From sequence record LC768500.1: a stretch of DNA of 64,000 bases; one strand, 5' to 3'. A program made the position numbers and the translations under genes. A model generated the notes under the pieces. That model saw only the letters and a list, made by a program, of their open reading frames with translations. It searched no databases and was not told where the DNA came from. This document shows positions 8,754 through 18,350 of the stretch, piece by piece. How positions within the stretch are numbered: position 1 is the stretch's first letter; each line of letters opens with the position of its first letter.

Positions 8754-10091
8754 CTATTCGGTAATAATCCCGTCTTTAATAAACTGGGCCTTGGTCACCA
8801 TTTGGAATCGGGTGGACCCCACTTGAATGGTTGCGAAGAGAATATTGTCCTTGACCAGACGTTTGATCCCTGCCGGCACCAGACCGTCTTCAGTTAACAC
8901 TTCTGCTCCGCTGATCAGTGTTTGCATGGCGGTGATGAAGTCGGTTGTGGCCGTAGACATCCATGCGAACTGGGAATCGGTAGAAGGGATGAGCTGATAA
9001 TCAGGGTAGAGTTCTTTGATTTTAGTCACGCCGTTAAAGTTCGTCGGTTTACCGGCGAAACAGACTTTAGCGGATTTATAAAGGAAAGGAACAACCTGCG
9101 CTGATTTTATGATGTTATCTGACGTAAAACCTATGAGGTATTTCGTCGGATTTGTTAAAAGTGTTTCGTAGCTGGCAATCGGAGAGTACAGCGAACTTCC
9201 ATCTGTTTTATTCTCCAGGCCTAATTCATCCCAATAAGGGATCGCAACAAACTGCGTCGGGTTAAAAAGATCAGGGATGGCGTTCTCCCAATCCTCTTCA
9301 CTTTCAGACGTTAATGCCAAAATGGCATTTGCTATCTCGGTGTAGATCTGATCTTCCTGATCGTCGGCGTTACCGTAAACCAACACAGTGAAATAAACGG
9401 TGTTGTAATTCGCGGTGTTTACCAAGTCATAGACTTTGAACGGATAGACGAAACGAGAGCTGTATCGGTATTCGCCGTCATTGGTTGCTGCTAAGACGCG
9501 TTGCTCGATCACGCTAGGGGTTTCTTGAGCAAGTCTGGTAGCGAGCTGCTGATAATTCAGTGTGACGAGTTTATCAATTTCGTCATCTGGAAGTACCAGG
9601 ATGGGGACGATTTCACAATAAGGATATTCCGCTTCAAAGTAAGCATTAGCGAACCAGATTTTAAAATAAACGGTATCCCCGTTAGTCAGCGTCTGGGTAC
9701 CCTCAATATGAGAAGGAAGATAAATGACACTATTCGTGACCATCGTTCCTACACCGCTAAATACCACGCCAGCGGTAAATTGCGCTTGCACTAACTGCAA
9801 ACATGCTGTACTATCGTTAGTTAATACTCCGGCCACCGCCTGTTGATATAGCCACTGAGCGATGTCCAGCTGTTTGTTTTTTGTTTCGTCCGGCATGATT
9901 TCGGCAACATCATCCTTCACGCCATAAAAATTAATTAAGGTGGGGATGCGATCATCGCTGCGATAGAAACCCGGATCTTTCGAATACGCTCTCGTTTTGC
10001 TAGACAGCTCCCCTAACGGGGAAACCACTTTCTCGTGGTTATCACTTAGCGCCGCAATAGCACTAAATGAAAGGTATGAATATTTGCTCAT
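8754..10091 (-). CDS. Putative virion structural protein (phiKZ gp157-like by synteny)
   Basis: 445-aa ORF; position next to the RNase H-like gene as in phiKZ-like genomes. Confidence 0.6.
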   Translation of the reverse strand: MSKYSYLSFSAIAALSDNHEKVVSPLGELSSKTRAYSKDPGFYRSDDRIPTLINFYGVKDDVAEIMPDETKNKQLDIAQWLYQQAVAGVLTNDSTACLQLVQAQFTAGVVFSGVGTMVTNSVIYLPSHIEGTQTLTNGDTVYFKIWFANAYFEAEYPYCEIVPILVLPDDEIDKLVTLNYQQLATRLAQETPSVIEQRVLAATNDGEYRYSSRFVYPFKVYDLVNTANYNTVYFTVLVYGNADDQEDQIYTEIANAILALTSESEEDWENAIPDLFNPTQFVAIPYWDELGLENKTDGSSLYSPIASYETLLTNPTKYLIGFTSDNIIKSAQVVPFLYKSAKVCFAGKPTNFNGVTKIKELYPDYQLIPSTDSQFAWMSTATTDFITAMQTLISGAEVLTEDGLVPAGIKRLVKDNILFATIQVGSTRFQMVTKAQFIKDGIITE

Positions 10092-10117
10092 AATGTCGTC
10101 CGTTAAGGAAAGTGAAA

Positions 10118-10525
10118 ATGTTTCCCATAGCCAAAGAACTGGTAGATAGGTTCATAGAATGGCTCCTCAGGCGCGCGTCTGGAGAGACTTTAGAAGAAAA
10201 ACAGAACTCGGCTATTCGGTATATTTCCTACGTCGCCGGGGGATTATTGTGGGCGGTTTTGACCCTCGTCGTCATCGATATTAATTTATCTTTACGTATA
10301 CACACGACTGAAGGTGCTGCTGCGGCGGTTAACAAAATGTTCTCTACGGATAGAAACCCTATAGATGAACTGATTAAAATCAACCGCACGTTAAGCGACA
10401 GGGTAGAATCGCTCAGGGAAGAAAACATTCTTTTAATTAAGGATAACTTGCGTCTATTGGATCAAGCTAAGATCATGGAAGATGTTGTAAAAACCTGCAA
10501 AAGACCATCAACCAAAAAACAGTAA
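10118..10525 (+). CDS. Single-pass membrane protein with coiled-coil C-terminus
   Basis: TM segment YISYVAGGLLWAVLTLVVI then heptad-rich helix; AAGGA RBS favours ATG 10118. Confidence 0.7.
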   Translation: MFPIAKELVDRFIEWLLRRASGETLEEKQNSAIRYISYVAGGLLWAVLTLVVIDINLSLRIHTTEGAAAAVNKMFSTDRNPIDELIKINRTLSDRVESLREENILLIKDNLRLLDQAKIMEDVVKTCKRPSTKKQ

Positions 10526-10532
10526 TATTTTT

Positions 10533-10566
10533 ATACTAGGGATCCCAAATATGGGATCCCTAGTAT
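10533..10566 (+). terminator. Hairpin / terminator
   Basis: 15-bp perfect stem ATACTAGGGATCCCA-aata-TGGGATCCCTAGTAT. Confidence 0.7.
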
Positions 10567-10591
10567 TACACAATGACAAAGGCCTTGAACT

Positions 10592-12082
10592 ATGTCTGAG
10601 ATTAATCTCGTTTATTATTTAGTGAGTCGAAAAGTAGAAGGTAAGAAAACAGAAAGGGCTTGCGCAGGCGCTTTCGGTTATTCTTACGACGTATCCGTGG
10701 TGGGTAAGAAGAAGTTACAGAAAGACGTTCCGACTACGGTAGGGTATTATGTCGGGAATACAACGAGCAACGGAACTGTAGTAGAACCTATCGATTCCCT
10801 TTCTGTGGTTGTTTCTGATAGGGCTTTGGAGATAGAGGCTCAGCTGGACTTACTCAAAGTTATTCTGGAGGACGCTGTAGAACATGAGGATGTTAAGAAC
10901 ATCGGGTTAATTGGGAAATACCCATTGCTCGAAAAGCTTCTTACAGTGGACCCTTCCAAAATCGTAGAAAAGGAATATAAGTTAGGTAAAACGGAATTTA
11001 ATAAAGAGGCGGTTAAATCTCTTACAGATATCCAAGCTCTTATGGATAAACTAAAGGGAAGAAGTAAACTCGTCTTTAACTTCACACTAAGTGTCGAAGG
11101 TGGGATGGGTCCTAAGATGGCGTGGCAGTCGGCTGGTATCGCCGAGGTTGAAACGGTTTGGGGAATGGAACCCATTGCGGCTTTATACCGTCAGCCGATG
11201 AAAACTTTCCTTAATCCGGAGAGTGACTTTAACCGTATCATTTGCGGTAGTCGGTGGTATTTTAACACTGGCGAAGGTAACGACTTCTACGAGCTAAAAG
11301 AAGGATACCGCCGGTATGGTTTCGGTAAAGTCGAGAAAGATAAGAAGTATTACGGTAAGCTCACTCCAGATGTGACTTATTCCTCTTTCTACACACAGAC
11401 ACCGATAGCACTGTTGGATAAGCTTTACGACTATACCGAGAAAAGGACACATAACCCTAAAGGGTTGATGCTCGCCGGGAACATGCAGTTCGTCAGATCT
11501 AAGGAAATAGCCAGGCTTATCGATAACTGCCCTGGGGTGGTGAGAGAAAAGGACTTGATCGTTCCGTTTAGAATGGGTTCTCAGGACGAGCCTACTTTAG
11601 TAGAGCTGATTGACCCGCCTGGACTCACTTACCGCATCTCCGACGTCATGGAAGAACATGACATTATCTTACACAGTTTCTTAAATAAAGACGAGTTCAA
11701 TAAATTCGGTCAATATCAAAAGTTCTACGATATAACAAATATCATTTTTGAGAAACTCCCAAATAAAAAAGGGGAGATCAAGTTAAAGCTTCAGCCAGAC
11801 TTCACTCAAAACACCCAAACGTTTAAAGTCAACGTAGAACACCGCAAAGCGGTTAAAGCAGTACCTATAACGTTGAGCGTCGGATACGATTTACCAGAGC
11901 GAAATGCATTTAACTCAGTAAAGGATCCCGATGTTCAAGTTTGGGTTAACATTGACGAAGCCAACGACGGATGTTTGATCTACCGCATCATTGTTAAAGC
12001 GGAAGACTGGATTTACATACATGCGTCTGGATGCGCTAATGTAAGGGTCTTGAATAAAGCCGAGCTAGGTAGAAAAGATTAA
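10592..12082 (+). CDS. RNase H-like protein (phiKZ gp155-like), catalytic acids apparently degenerate
   Basis: 496 aa; GAFGYSY strand and synteny beside UvsX; canonical TDG, TDS and GNxxAD acids not visible. Confidence 0.6.
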   Translation: MSEINLVYYLVSRKVEGKKTERACAGAFGYSYDVSVVGKKKLQKDVPTTVGYYVGNTTSNGTVVEPIDSLSVVVSDRALEIEAQLDLLKVILEDAVEHEDVKNIGLIGKYPLLEKLLTVDPSKIVEKEYKLGKTEFNKEAVKSLTDIQALMDKLKGRSKLVFNFTLSVEGGMGPKMAWQSAGIAEVETVWGMEPIAALYRQPMKTFLNPESDFNRIICGSRWYFNTGEGNDFYELKEGYRRYGFGKVEKDKKYYGKLTPDVTYSSFYTQTPIALLDKLYDYTEKRTHNPKGLMLAGNMQFVRSKEIARLIDNCPGVVREKDLIVPFRMGSQDEPTLVELIDPPGLTYRISDVMEEHDIILHSFLNKDEFNKFGQYQKFYDITNIIFEKLPNKKGEIKLKLQPDFTQNTQTFKVNVEHRKAVKAVPITLSVGYDLPERNAFNSVKDPDVQVWVNIDEANDGCLIYRIIVKAEDWIYIHASGCANVRVLNKAELGRKD

Positions 12083-12092
12083 CTTGGTTGAA

Positions 12093-12128
12093 TATAACAG
12101 TTAGGGTCGTGAGACCCTAACTGTTATA
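12093..12128. terminator. Bidirectional terminator
   Basis: 16-bp perfect stem TATAACAGTTAGGGTC-gtga-GACCCTAACTGTTATA with GNRA loop. Confidence 0.85.
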
Positions 12129-12132
12129 CTGT

Positions 12133-12930
12133 TTACTTTAATTTACCCAGTTCTGCTGTTTGAGATTCAAAAACAGCGGTCAGTTCATTTAAGAGAACCA
12201 GCCCAGCACCAGTAACATTAATCAACGTATTATACGTATTAATGGTATCCTGGAGCGTTTTTAAACTATCCTTGTCGAAGACCAACTGGGACGTTTTGAT
12301 CTTGTCAACGATAATATTTCCCAGATGATAGACTTCGTCAATGCGATCAGCGAGGGAACGAATGTCAGAGGACTTAATACCAGATACCGCTCCATTGAAA
12401 TGCTCGACAGTATCGTAGAAGGATTTGAATGAATCGTAATACTGGTTAAGCCGATGATGAGTATTACGAGAAGACTGGATCCCTTCCATAAAGGACTGCA
12501 GATCGTTGGCCAGTGTATCCGTCTTACTCACACTGAACCAGAACGAAGAACCGACTGTCCCCGTCTTAGCAACGTCTTTCAGCCACTTGTAAATGCGACC
12601 GGATTCTGTTAACGCGGTAGAAAGCAGCAGCGCGGTGGAAGAAACCATTTTAACATAATAGCTCCATTCGGTTTTCTCCGGATCAAAATAAGCTGGGCCG
12701 GTCAAAGGAACCATTGTATGTTTAAAGTAATTTACTGTGGCGAGGTGTTTGGCTGTCTTGCCGTAATCGATGGTGTGGGCCGATGATTTAAGTTGACGAA
12801 ACGCCTCTTTAAATCCACGTGATATTTCGGTCATTTTAAGTGAAAGAGACTCACCGACAGAAAGTTTTTCAGAACCGTCTATACCGAAAATAACAGGTTG
12901 CTTAACCTGTTCGATAAAACTGTTATTCAT
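12133..12930 (-). CDS. Putative virion (head) protein, phiKZ gp153-like by synteny
   Basis: 265 aa, divergent from uvsX; N-terminal GSE/GES motifs resembling prohead-protease sites. Confidence 0.55.
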   Translation of the reverse strand: MNNSFIEQVKQPVIFGIDGSEKLSVGESLSLKMTEISRGFKEAFRQLKSSAHTIDYGKTAKHLATVNYFKHTMVPLTGPAYFDPEKTEWSYYVKMVSSTALLLSTALTESGRIYKWLKDVAKTGTVGSSFWFSVSKTDTLANDLQSFMEGIQSSRNTHHRLNQYYDSFKSFYDTVEHFNGAVSGIKSSDIRSLADRIDEVYHLGNIIVDKIKTSQLVFDKDSLKTLQDTINTYNTLINVTGAGLVLLNELTAVFESQTAELGKLK

Positions 12931-12989
12931 TACTGGCGCTCCGTATTATTAGGTCAATAGCGTTTTTCATAGAATCCAAGAGGTAAACG

Positions 12990-14444
12990 ATGAGTACCCC
13001 TTTTCAATTTTTACAAAATGTAAAAAGCAGCCCGATGGTTCACATCGGTTTTAACTATAGTCCGCTTTTTGATATGATCAATGGCCGGTTCTTTAAGGGA
13101 TACGATGAACAGTATTACCTGAACGGTGGGATCATGGACAACAACGCCACAGTAGGAGGAAGCAACACGCAGAAAACCGGACAGTTGGTATTTGCCTGCC
13201 GTCGTTTCCTGCAACGTTTCCCTATGGGGGTAATCATCTATGTTGACAGCGAGTCCACGTTAGACATTGGACGATTGGCTGATGCTGTCGATGCTGATTT
13301 CGGTATCCCTGGGTACTTCTACGATGAGATCTTCGACAAACGGTTCATCTATAAAACGAGTAAAGATGAATTCGATGGCACCGCTTTCCACAACCTCATC
13401 AAAGACGCTTACAACAACTTCAAGGACAACAAAGATAACCCGGACATGTATGTCCAAACTCCGTTCCTGGATAAAGAAAATAAACGGATCAAATGTATTG
13501 CGCCGATCATGGTTATCTGTGATTCTTTAAGCGACCTTCGTTTCACCGAGGCTTCCGCCAAATTCACAGAAGGTGATGTGGACGAGGGTGGTAAGAAACG
13601 CACTCGTGATATGGAGTTCGGTAACCTCAAACGCGTTGTCTTTGAAGACTCCAGCAACCTGGGTGGCATCGCCGGCCTCAGACTGTGGTGGGTGGGTCAG
13701 ATCGCCGACATGATTAACATGGACGGTAAGCCGATGGAGAAACAATCCACCTTCATCCGCCCAGGTAAGAAGATCGCCAAGTGTCCTAAAGCGATTCTCC
13801 AGCTCCCGAGCATCGGTTATGAGATCATTAAAGGCAGTGGGTTGAAAGTCGATCAAGAATGGATGTACCCGAATCCATTCGGTCGCGATGTTGTTATCGA
13901 CGCCGACGCCAGAGAAAACCCGGATTTATTACTTTACAGCTTTACAATGTATCGTAATAAAGGCGGGAGTTCCGGACTACAATGTTCTTTCATCGGTTCT
14001 CAGTCAGACGGGATCCAGGAAGGGCTGAGCATGTATCACACCATTAAAACCGACGGTTATTTCGGTTTAAGTGTGGGCAGCAAGGTCAGTCACGCTTGTG
14101 ACCTCATGCCGGACCTTAAAGTTGGCCGAACCACCATTCGTAAAATCGTCAATGAGAACCACCAATTCTACAGGGCGATCACTATCTGTTACCAGATGTG
14201 GTTCATGCAGAACTATTGGATGCGTTTGGATCACAAATACCGCATGACGCCAGCCGAATTATATGCGAAGGTGGCTGAAGCCGGTTACGACTGGACAGAA
14301 TTATTGGAAAACTCCGTCGATTACTGGCACCTCAACCCGGACATCAAGAAACATACTCTGACCACCATGCAGCTGTTGGCTGTTGCGTGTGGAGAAGGTT
14401 CTATTCCGTGGGCTTCTAATCGTTTATTAAAGCAAGCGGCATAA
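12990..14444 (+). CDS. uvsX: UvsX/RecA-like recombinase
   Basis: P-loop variant GGSNTQKT, YVDSESTLD, Walker B VICDSLS; 484 aa, the size typical of the phiKZ gp152 family. Confidence 0.85.
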   Translation: MSTPFQFLQNVKSSPMVHIGFNYSPLFDMINGRFFKGYDEQYYLNGGIMDNNATVGGSNTQKTGQLVFACRRFLQRFPMGVIIYVDSESTLDIGRLADAVDADFGIPGYFYDEIFDKRFIYKTSKDEFDGTAFHNLIKDAYNNFKDNKDNPDMYVQTPFLDKENKRIKCIAPIMVICDSLSDLRFTEASAKFTEGDVDEGGKKRTRDMEFGNLKRVVFEDSSNLGGIAGLRLWWVGQIADMINMDGKPMEKQSTFIRPGKKIAKCPKAILQLPSIGYEIIKGSGLKVDQEWMYPNPFGRDVVIDADARENPDLLLYSFTMYRNKGGSSGLQCSFIGSQSDGIQEGLSMYHTIKTDGYFGLSVGSKVSHACDLMPDLKVGRTTIRKIVNENHQFYRAITICYQMWFMQNYWMRLDHKYRMTPAELYAKVAEAGYDWTELLENSVDYWHLNPDIKKHTLTTMQLLAVACGEGSIPWASNRLLKQAA

Positions 14445-14499
14445 TTTGAAGGGGAGGGAGACCTCCCCCTACTTTTATTATTTAAGGATTATTAGGGTT

Positions 14500-14868
14500 A
14501 TGATTAAACCAGAACTAACCATTTTGATTGTCTCGGATTCTAACTTTAAGAATCTTTGTGATGACCCGACGAGTTATGTCGAAAAGCTCTACGGGATCTT
14601 AAACAATCGGTATAAGGTTCCTATCAAGATCATTACGGTCAGTGGTCGTTACGGACTCAGCGCAATCGATAGTAACATTGAGACGCTCGATGTTGAGGAT
14701 CGGAATAAGACGCTGTTCACCCAAACTATCGAGAACCACGCAGCGGTATTTGACGAACTGCAGATCATTTCTTTAAGTAACATCGTGGATCCCTTTATCG
14801 AAGGTGTAGCAGATACCATGAGTGCGTTACAAAAGAACATTACTCGTTATTCGTACAAACGTAAGTAG
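14500..14868 (+). CDS. Hypothetical protein (possible degenerate SLOG/YspA-like fold)
   Basis: ATG 14500 chosen after the hairpin at 14451-14468; fold guess from TILIVSDSNF only. Confidence 0.55.
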   Translation: MIKPELTILIVSDSNFKNLCDDPTSYVEKLYGILNNRYKVPIKIITVSGRYGLSAIDSNIETLDVEDRNKTLFTQTIENHAAVFDELQIISLSNIVDPFIEGVADTMSALQKNITRYSYKRK

Positions 14869-14874
14869 GTTAAC

Positions 14875-15549
14875 ATGGGTAACAGAAAAGCTGCCGAAGA
14901 CGTTATTTTGGATTTCGTGGGCAAACTCACTAAAGGTGGGTTTAACCTGAAGGTCTATACCGACCTTTTTAAAAACATGAACGACGCTCAGTTTGAACAG
15001 TTTATCGATAAGATCGATAAACAAGGTGGTATGCCGCTATGGACATCCAACTGGGATAAGAACGAGCATATCGAATACGACACTGTCCTCGGACTAGCCA
15101 AAGAATACGGGGTAGAACTCGAGACCCAACTCATTATCACCGATGAGGACACTGGGGTAGAACTCATCACACCAGAAACTTATTTGGTTGGGATAGCCGA
15201 GATCCGTAAACAGCGTCAGATGCTCGTTAAAAAGTTTGGTGCTGCTAAAGACGATACCAGCACCGACGACTTAACGGGTCAGGTTGTTGGGGATAGCCGA
15301 GGGACGGGCATTTCCTCTCCGGAGATTAAGATCCTTATGGCGCTCGGGCTCAACACCGTGGCAAAAGAGATCTACGATGTCAAAGGCGGTGATGAAAAGG
15401 CATTGGAAGTTTATAGAACAGAGCTCATGGAGACTGGATCGACTAACGTTAACAATGCCTTGAAGCGCGGCAGTGGTGTCAAATCCCTTCAGACCACCCA
15501 TTATCTGTTTAACGCCAGACACATCGAAAACAATATCGATAAGAGGTAA
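14875..15549 (+). CDS. Virion RNA polymerase beta subunit, C-terminal fragment (phiKZ gp149-like)
   Basis: KKFGAAKDDTSTDDLTGQVVGDSRGTGISSPE aligns with RpoB KMHAR...[22 protein letters not shown]; synteny after uvsX. Confidence 0.8.
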   Translation: MGNRKAAEDVILDFVGKLTKGGFNLKVYTDLFKNMNDAQFEQFIDKIDKQGGMPLWTSNWDKNEHIEYDTVLGLAKEYGVELETQLIITDEDTGVELITPETYLVGIAEIRKQRQMLVKKFGAAKDDTSTDDLTGQVVGDSRGTGISSPEIKILMALGLNTVAKEIYDVKGGDEKALEVYRTELMETGSTNVNNALKRGSGVKSLQTTHYLFNARHIENNIDKR

Positions 15550-15551
15550 CG

Positions 15552-15980
15552 ATGGAACACATCAATCGAGCTGTAGAAGTCTGGGCTCAAGAATTTGCAA
15601 CGCTGGCAGAAATCGACGAGCTCAAAGTTCTGCAAGATGCGATCAGTAATGCGATCATTACGAAGAGCATCCTTTCTTTTGACGAAGGCGTTTCTGAGCT
15701 CGAGCAAAGTTTATCCGCCCAGCCGGAGTACTACGATCAGATCCATGGTGTGATCTTCCGGCTATTGGCTGAGGTTCCTTTGGATAAGCTTAAAGCTGAA
15801 CTTAACGAGATCGTTACGGAAATGAATGAAACCGGGTATTTCAAACACTTACGCCCCACTCTGGATACTCCGATGGATGTTTTCTGTTTCGTTTTAAAGA
15901 TCTACTACAAACAGATCATTGCAGAGCTGGGCCGGCACATTCAAATCCCTACGAAGAAAACTCGCCCAACCAACGTGTAA
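15552..15980 (+). CDS. Hypothetical protein
   Basis: 142-aa ORF, GAGGT RBS. Confidence 0.75.
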   Translation: MEHINRAVEVWAQEFATLAEIDELKVLQDAISNAIITKSILSFDEGVSELEQSLSAQPEYYDQIHGVIFRLLAEVPLDKLKAELNEIVTEMNETGYFKHLRPTLDTPMDVFCFVLKIYYKQIIAELGRHIQIPTKKTRPTNV

Positions 15981-15989
15981 AGGATTCTC

Positions 15990-16688
15990 ATGAACACGCT
16001 TAACGTTTACACCGAACTCGATTCACTTTTTGATTCCCGGCGTGCGACTTTGGAATCACTCCTCCCTAGTAATGAAACCTGGGAAGGTGTTTACGCCAAG
16101 CAGTATAAAGAACGTAAGCTGGATCTATTCGAACGAAAAGAACTCGGGATAACCCAATCCATTTACGAACAGGCTTATGACAAAAGAGACCTGTCTTTAT
16201 TCACCAACATCAAACCGACTCAAGTACTGAGCAAGCTCCTGCTGTTAGTACTGGATAGCGAACAACTGGTCGGTAAACCAATCGCTTTAAACGTCGTCAA
16301 CATCACCATTAATCTTTATCCCTACGATCTTGACGAAGATTTGGTTAACGAGTTAGAAAAGAATATCAAACAAGCTTTGGTTTTCAAAAATGAACTCACT
16401 TTTGTTTCCAAACCTCCTACCGAACTCGATGCGAAATATTTTAAAAACTTTGATAACGTTTTTAAATACGACATCCTGATCGGTAAAGATTCTAAAACGT
16501 TCATGGAATCCTTAGCGAAAACTCCTATTAAAGACACGAAGTTCTTCGTACCGGATCTTTATGTTAAACAACCGGATAACGGGATCGTTTGCTCCCCTGA
16601 AGAACTTGTTGAAAGTTTTAGTTTAGTGCTTGCGCCAGCGCTTACATTACTTTGCGTCCGACATAGCGTTTATGATTACATGGAATAA
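15990..16688 (+). CDS. Hypothetical protein with HAD-like N-terminal motif
   Basis: VYTELDSLFDSR resembles HAD motif I. Confidence 0.6.
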   Translation: MNTLNVYTELDSLFDSRRATLESLLPSNETWEGVYAKQYKERKLDLFERKELGITQSIYEQAYDKRDLSLFTNIKPTQVLSKLLLLVLDSEQLVGKPIALNVVNITINLYPYDLDEDLVNELEKNIKQALVFKNELTFVSKPPTELDAKYFKNFDNVFKYDILIGKDSKTFMESLAKTPIKDTKFFVPDLYVKQPDNGIVCSPEELVESFSLVLAPALTLLCVRHSVYDYME

Positions 16689-16690
16689 CA

Positions 16691-16715
16691 GGAGAGAGGG
16701 CATTGCCCTCTCTCC
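16691..16715. terminator. Bidirectional terminator
   Basis: GGAGAGAGGGC-att-GCCCTCTCTCC between convergent ORFs. Confidence 0.75.
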
Positions 16716-16719
16716 CATT

Positions 16720-17214
16720 TTATACTGATGGCTTAACAATTTCACCTTCAAAGTCAACTGATATGGCGCCCATATCAAGTTCTTTGTCTTTGATCCTGCC
16801 GATATCGGCGAGTTGTGAAAGTGGAACATTAGGATCCAGGAAGGTAGGCTGACCTGGCGCGAAACTAGGAAGTTTTAATTCACCGGTGCTTAATGACTGA
16901 AGTGCGTCGACCATTTGTTTGAATGAAACTTTGTTGTCTTCATTCTCTTTTTTCTTCGCGCGTTCTTTTCTGTCATCTCGAACTGATTTTTCCAACTGAG
17001 TTAACAAAGAAGAAATCGCTTCCAGTAATTTAGGGTCACCGGGTTTATTGGAGTAAGCCATAGAGGCGATATCCAGTATCATACTACGGTGTGACTGCAC
17101 CGCCTGAATGAGCTGAGTCTGTTCAATATCTTCGTCAGTCGGATGGAGAGCAGCATTGATTGCAGACATCACCTTTTCTATCCGTATCTGAACGGGTGCT
17201 TTTTCGTCCATCAT
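16720..17214 (-). CDS. Candidate small terminase subunit (T4 gp16-like)
   Basis: DPKLLEAISSLLTQLEKSVRD matches the recalled T4 gp16 core [21 protein letters not shown]; 164 aa. Confidence 0.45.
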   Translation of the reverse strand: MMDEKAPVQIRIEKVMSAINAALHPTDEDIEQTQLIQAVQSHRSMILDIASMAYSNKPGDPKLLEAISSLLTQLEKSVRDDRKERAKKKENEDNKVSFKQMVDALQSLSTGELKLPSFAPGQPTFLDPNVPLSQLADIGRIKDKELDMGAISVDFEGEIVKPSV

Positions 17215-17284
17215 AATTTTTTAAACCTACATTATAGAAGTAGTGGAATAAATAAAATGTTTTTAGCCCTTAGGGAACGTTAAC

Positions 17285-17878
17285 ATGCTTAAGAAATTTT
17301 TCAACTGGCTGGGGTTTAAAAGCAAATCGATAGGTAAGGCAGATACCCCGTTAGACGTCATAGAACGCATCAGGGAAGGCTTTCTTCCTAAGAACATGCG
17401 AAGCTTAGATAAACCGTTGTCTCTTCTATACGATTTAATTAAGACGCTTCCTGAGCTGGAATACAATGATTATAAAAAGTTACAGCGTAACACAGTTAAG
17501 GTTAGATCGCTGAGTTCGTTAGACATGTTCCATCTTTTAAAATCATCGGTTTTATCCAGCCAAGCGGAATATATGGATGCGGTGCAACGTTTAAATAGCG
17601 TCGCTACCGAAAGGCCCTTTCTTCATTGGTACTCTGGAGAGGAAAGCGCTATCGCACTTAACGAATTGTTTTTAAAACTTCTACCTAAAATAATCCTTTT
17701 CCACCAACTTAACAACCAGAGTACATTTCAACAGAATGAAGATATAACCGGATTTACGAATATCGAGATCCGGTTCTTTAGTTCTGTTCAGCTAAGGTAT
17801 ATGGTCGAAGACTATATCAGCATGTTGGAAGTGCTACTCTCACATCATTTTGGAGGCTCGGTTGAAGAAGCCCACTAA
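17285..17878 (+). CDS. Hypothetical protein
   Basis: 197-aa ORF. Confidence 0.75.
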   Translation: MLKKFFNWLGFKSKSIGKADTPLDVIERIREGFLPKNMRSLDKPLSLLYDLIKTLPELEYNDYKKLQRNTVKVRSLSSLDMFHLLKSSVLSSQAEYMDAVQRLNSVATERPFLHWYSGEESAIALNELFLKLLPKIILFHQLNNQSTFQQNEDITGFTNIEIRFFSSVQLRYMVEDYISMLEVLLSHHFGGSVEEAH

Positions 17879-18278
17879 ACATCCCGTAGAACTTGAAATC
17901 TCTAAGTTATCCAATAACTCATGCGCTGACAGTGATTTAGCTGACGAGCCCGCAAGGTTATTCCGTAAGCTTTTACGTAAGCTTAACATGAATGTCGACA
18001 AACTCTGTTTGCTTATGAACGAGTATGTTAAGTGGACCGTGACGGGAGAGGACGAGGCTGAAATCAGAAAAAGACGTTCTTACACAATGGGGAACATTAA
18101 AGACACTTACTTTAAGAACCCCACACTGACTTTCAGCAAACTTATCGAGGGATTAAGTATCCTGAGAATGAGCAAAGTCGAGGTCATTCTCAGAGTCTAT
18201 GATAAGAAAGGCAATATGACCGAGGTCTCAGAAACTGTGAGAATCATCAGCAGCCCCGACGATAAAAAAGACGACTAA
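17862..18278 (+). CDS. Hypothetical protein
   Basis: GGAGG at 17852-17856 favours TTG 17862; overlaps the previous stop. Confidence 0.7.
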   Translation: MKKPTKHPVELEISKLSNNSCADSDLADEPARLFRKLLRKLNMNVDKLCLLMNEYVKWTVTGEDEAEIRKRRSYTMGNIKDTYFKNPTLTFSKLIEGLSILRMSKVEVILRVYDKKGNMTEVSETVRIISSPDDKKDD

Positions 18279-18290
18279 TCTTATAGCCCG

Positions 18291-18318
18291 AATACTCCTA
18301 CCTTAGGGTAGGAGTATT
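18291..18318 (+). terminator. Intrinsic terminator
   Basis: AATACTCCTACC-ttag-GGTAGGAGTATT then T-rich tail. Confidence 0.75.
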
Positions 18319-18350
18319 TAACCCTATTATTTATTTTTTAGGATATCGTC

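Noticed and set aside
12968-12971. Isolated TATG late-promoter calls upstream of several structural genes
   Set aside because: A 4-mer occurs too often by chance to annotate without TSS data
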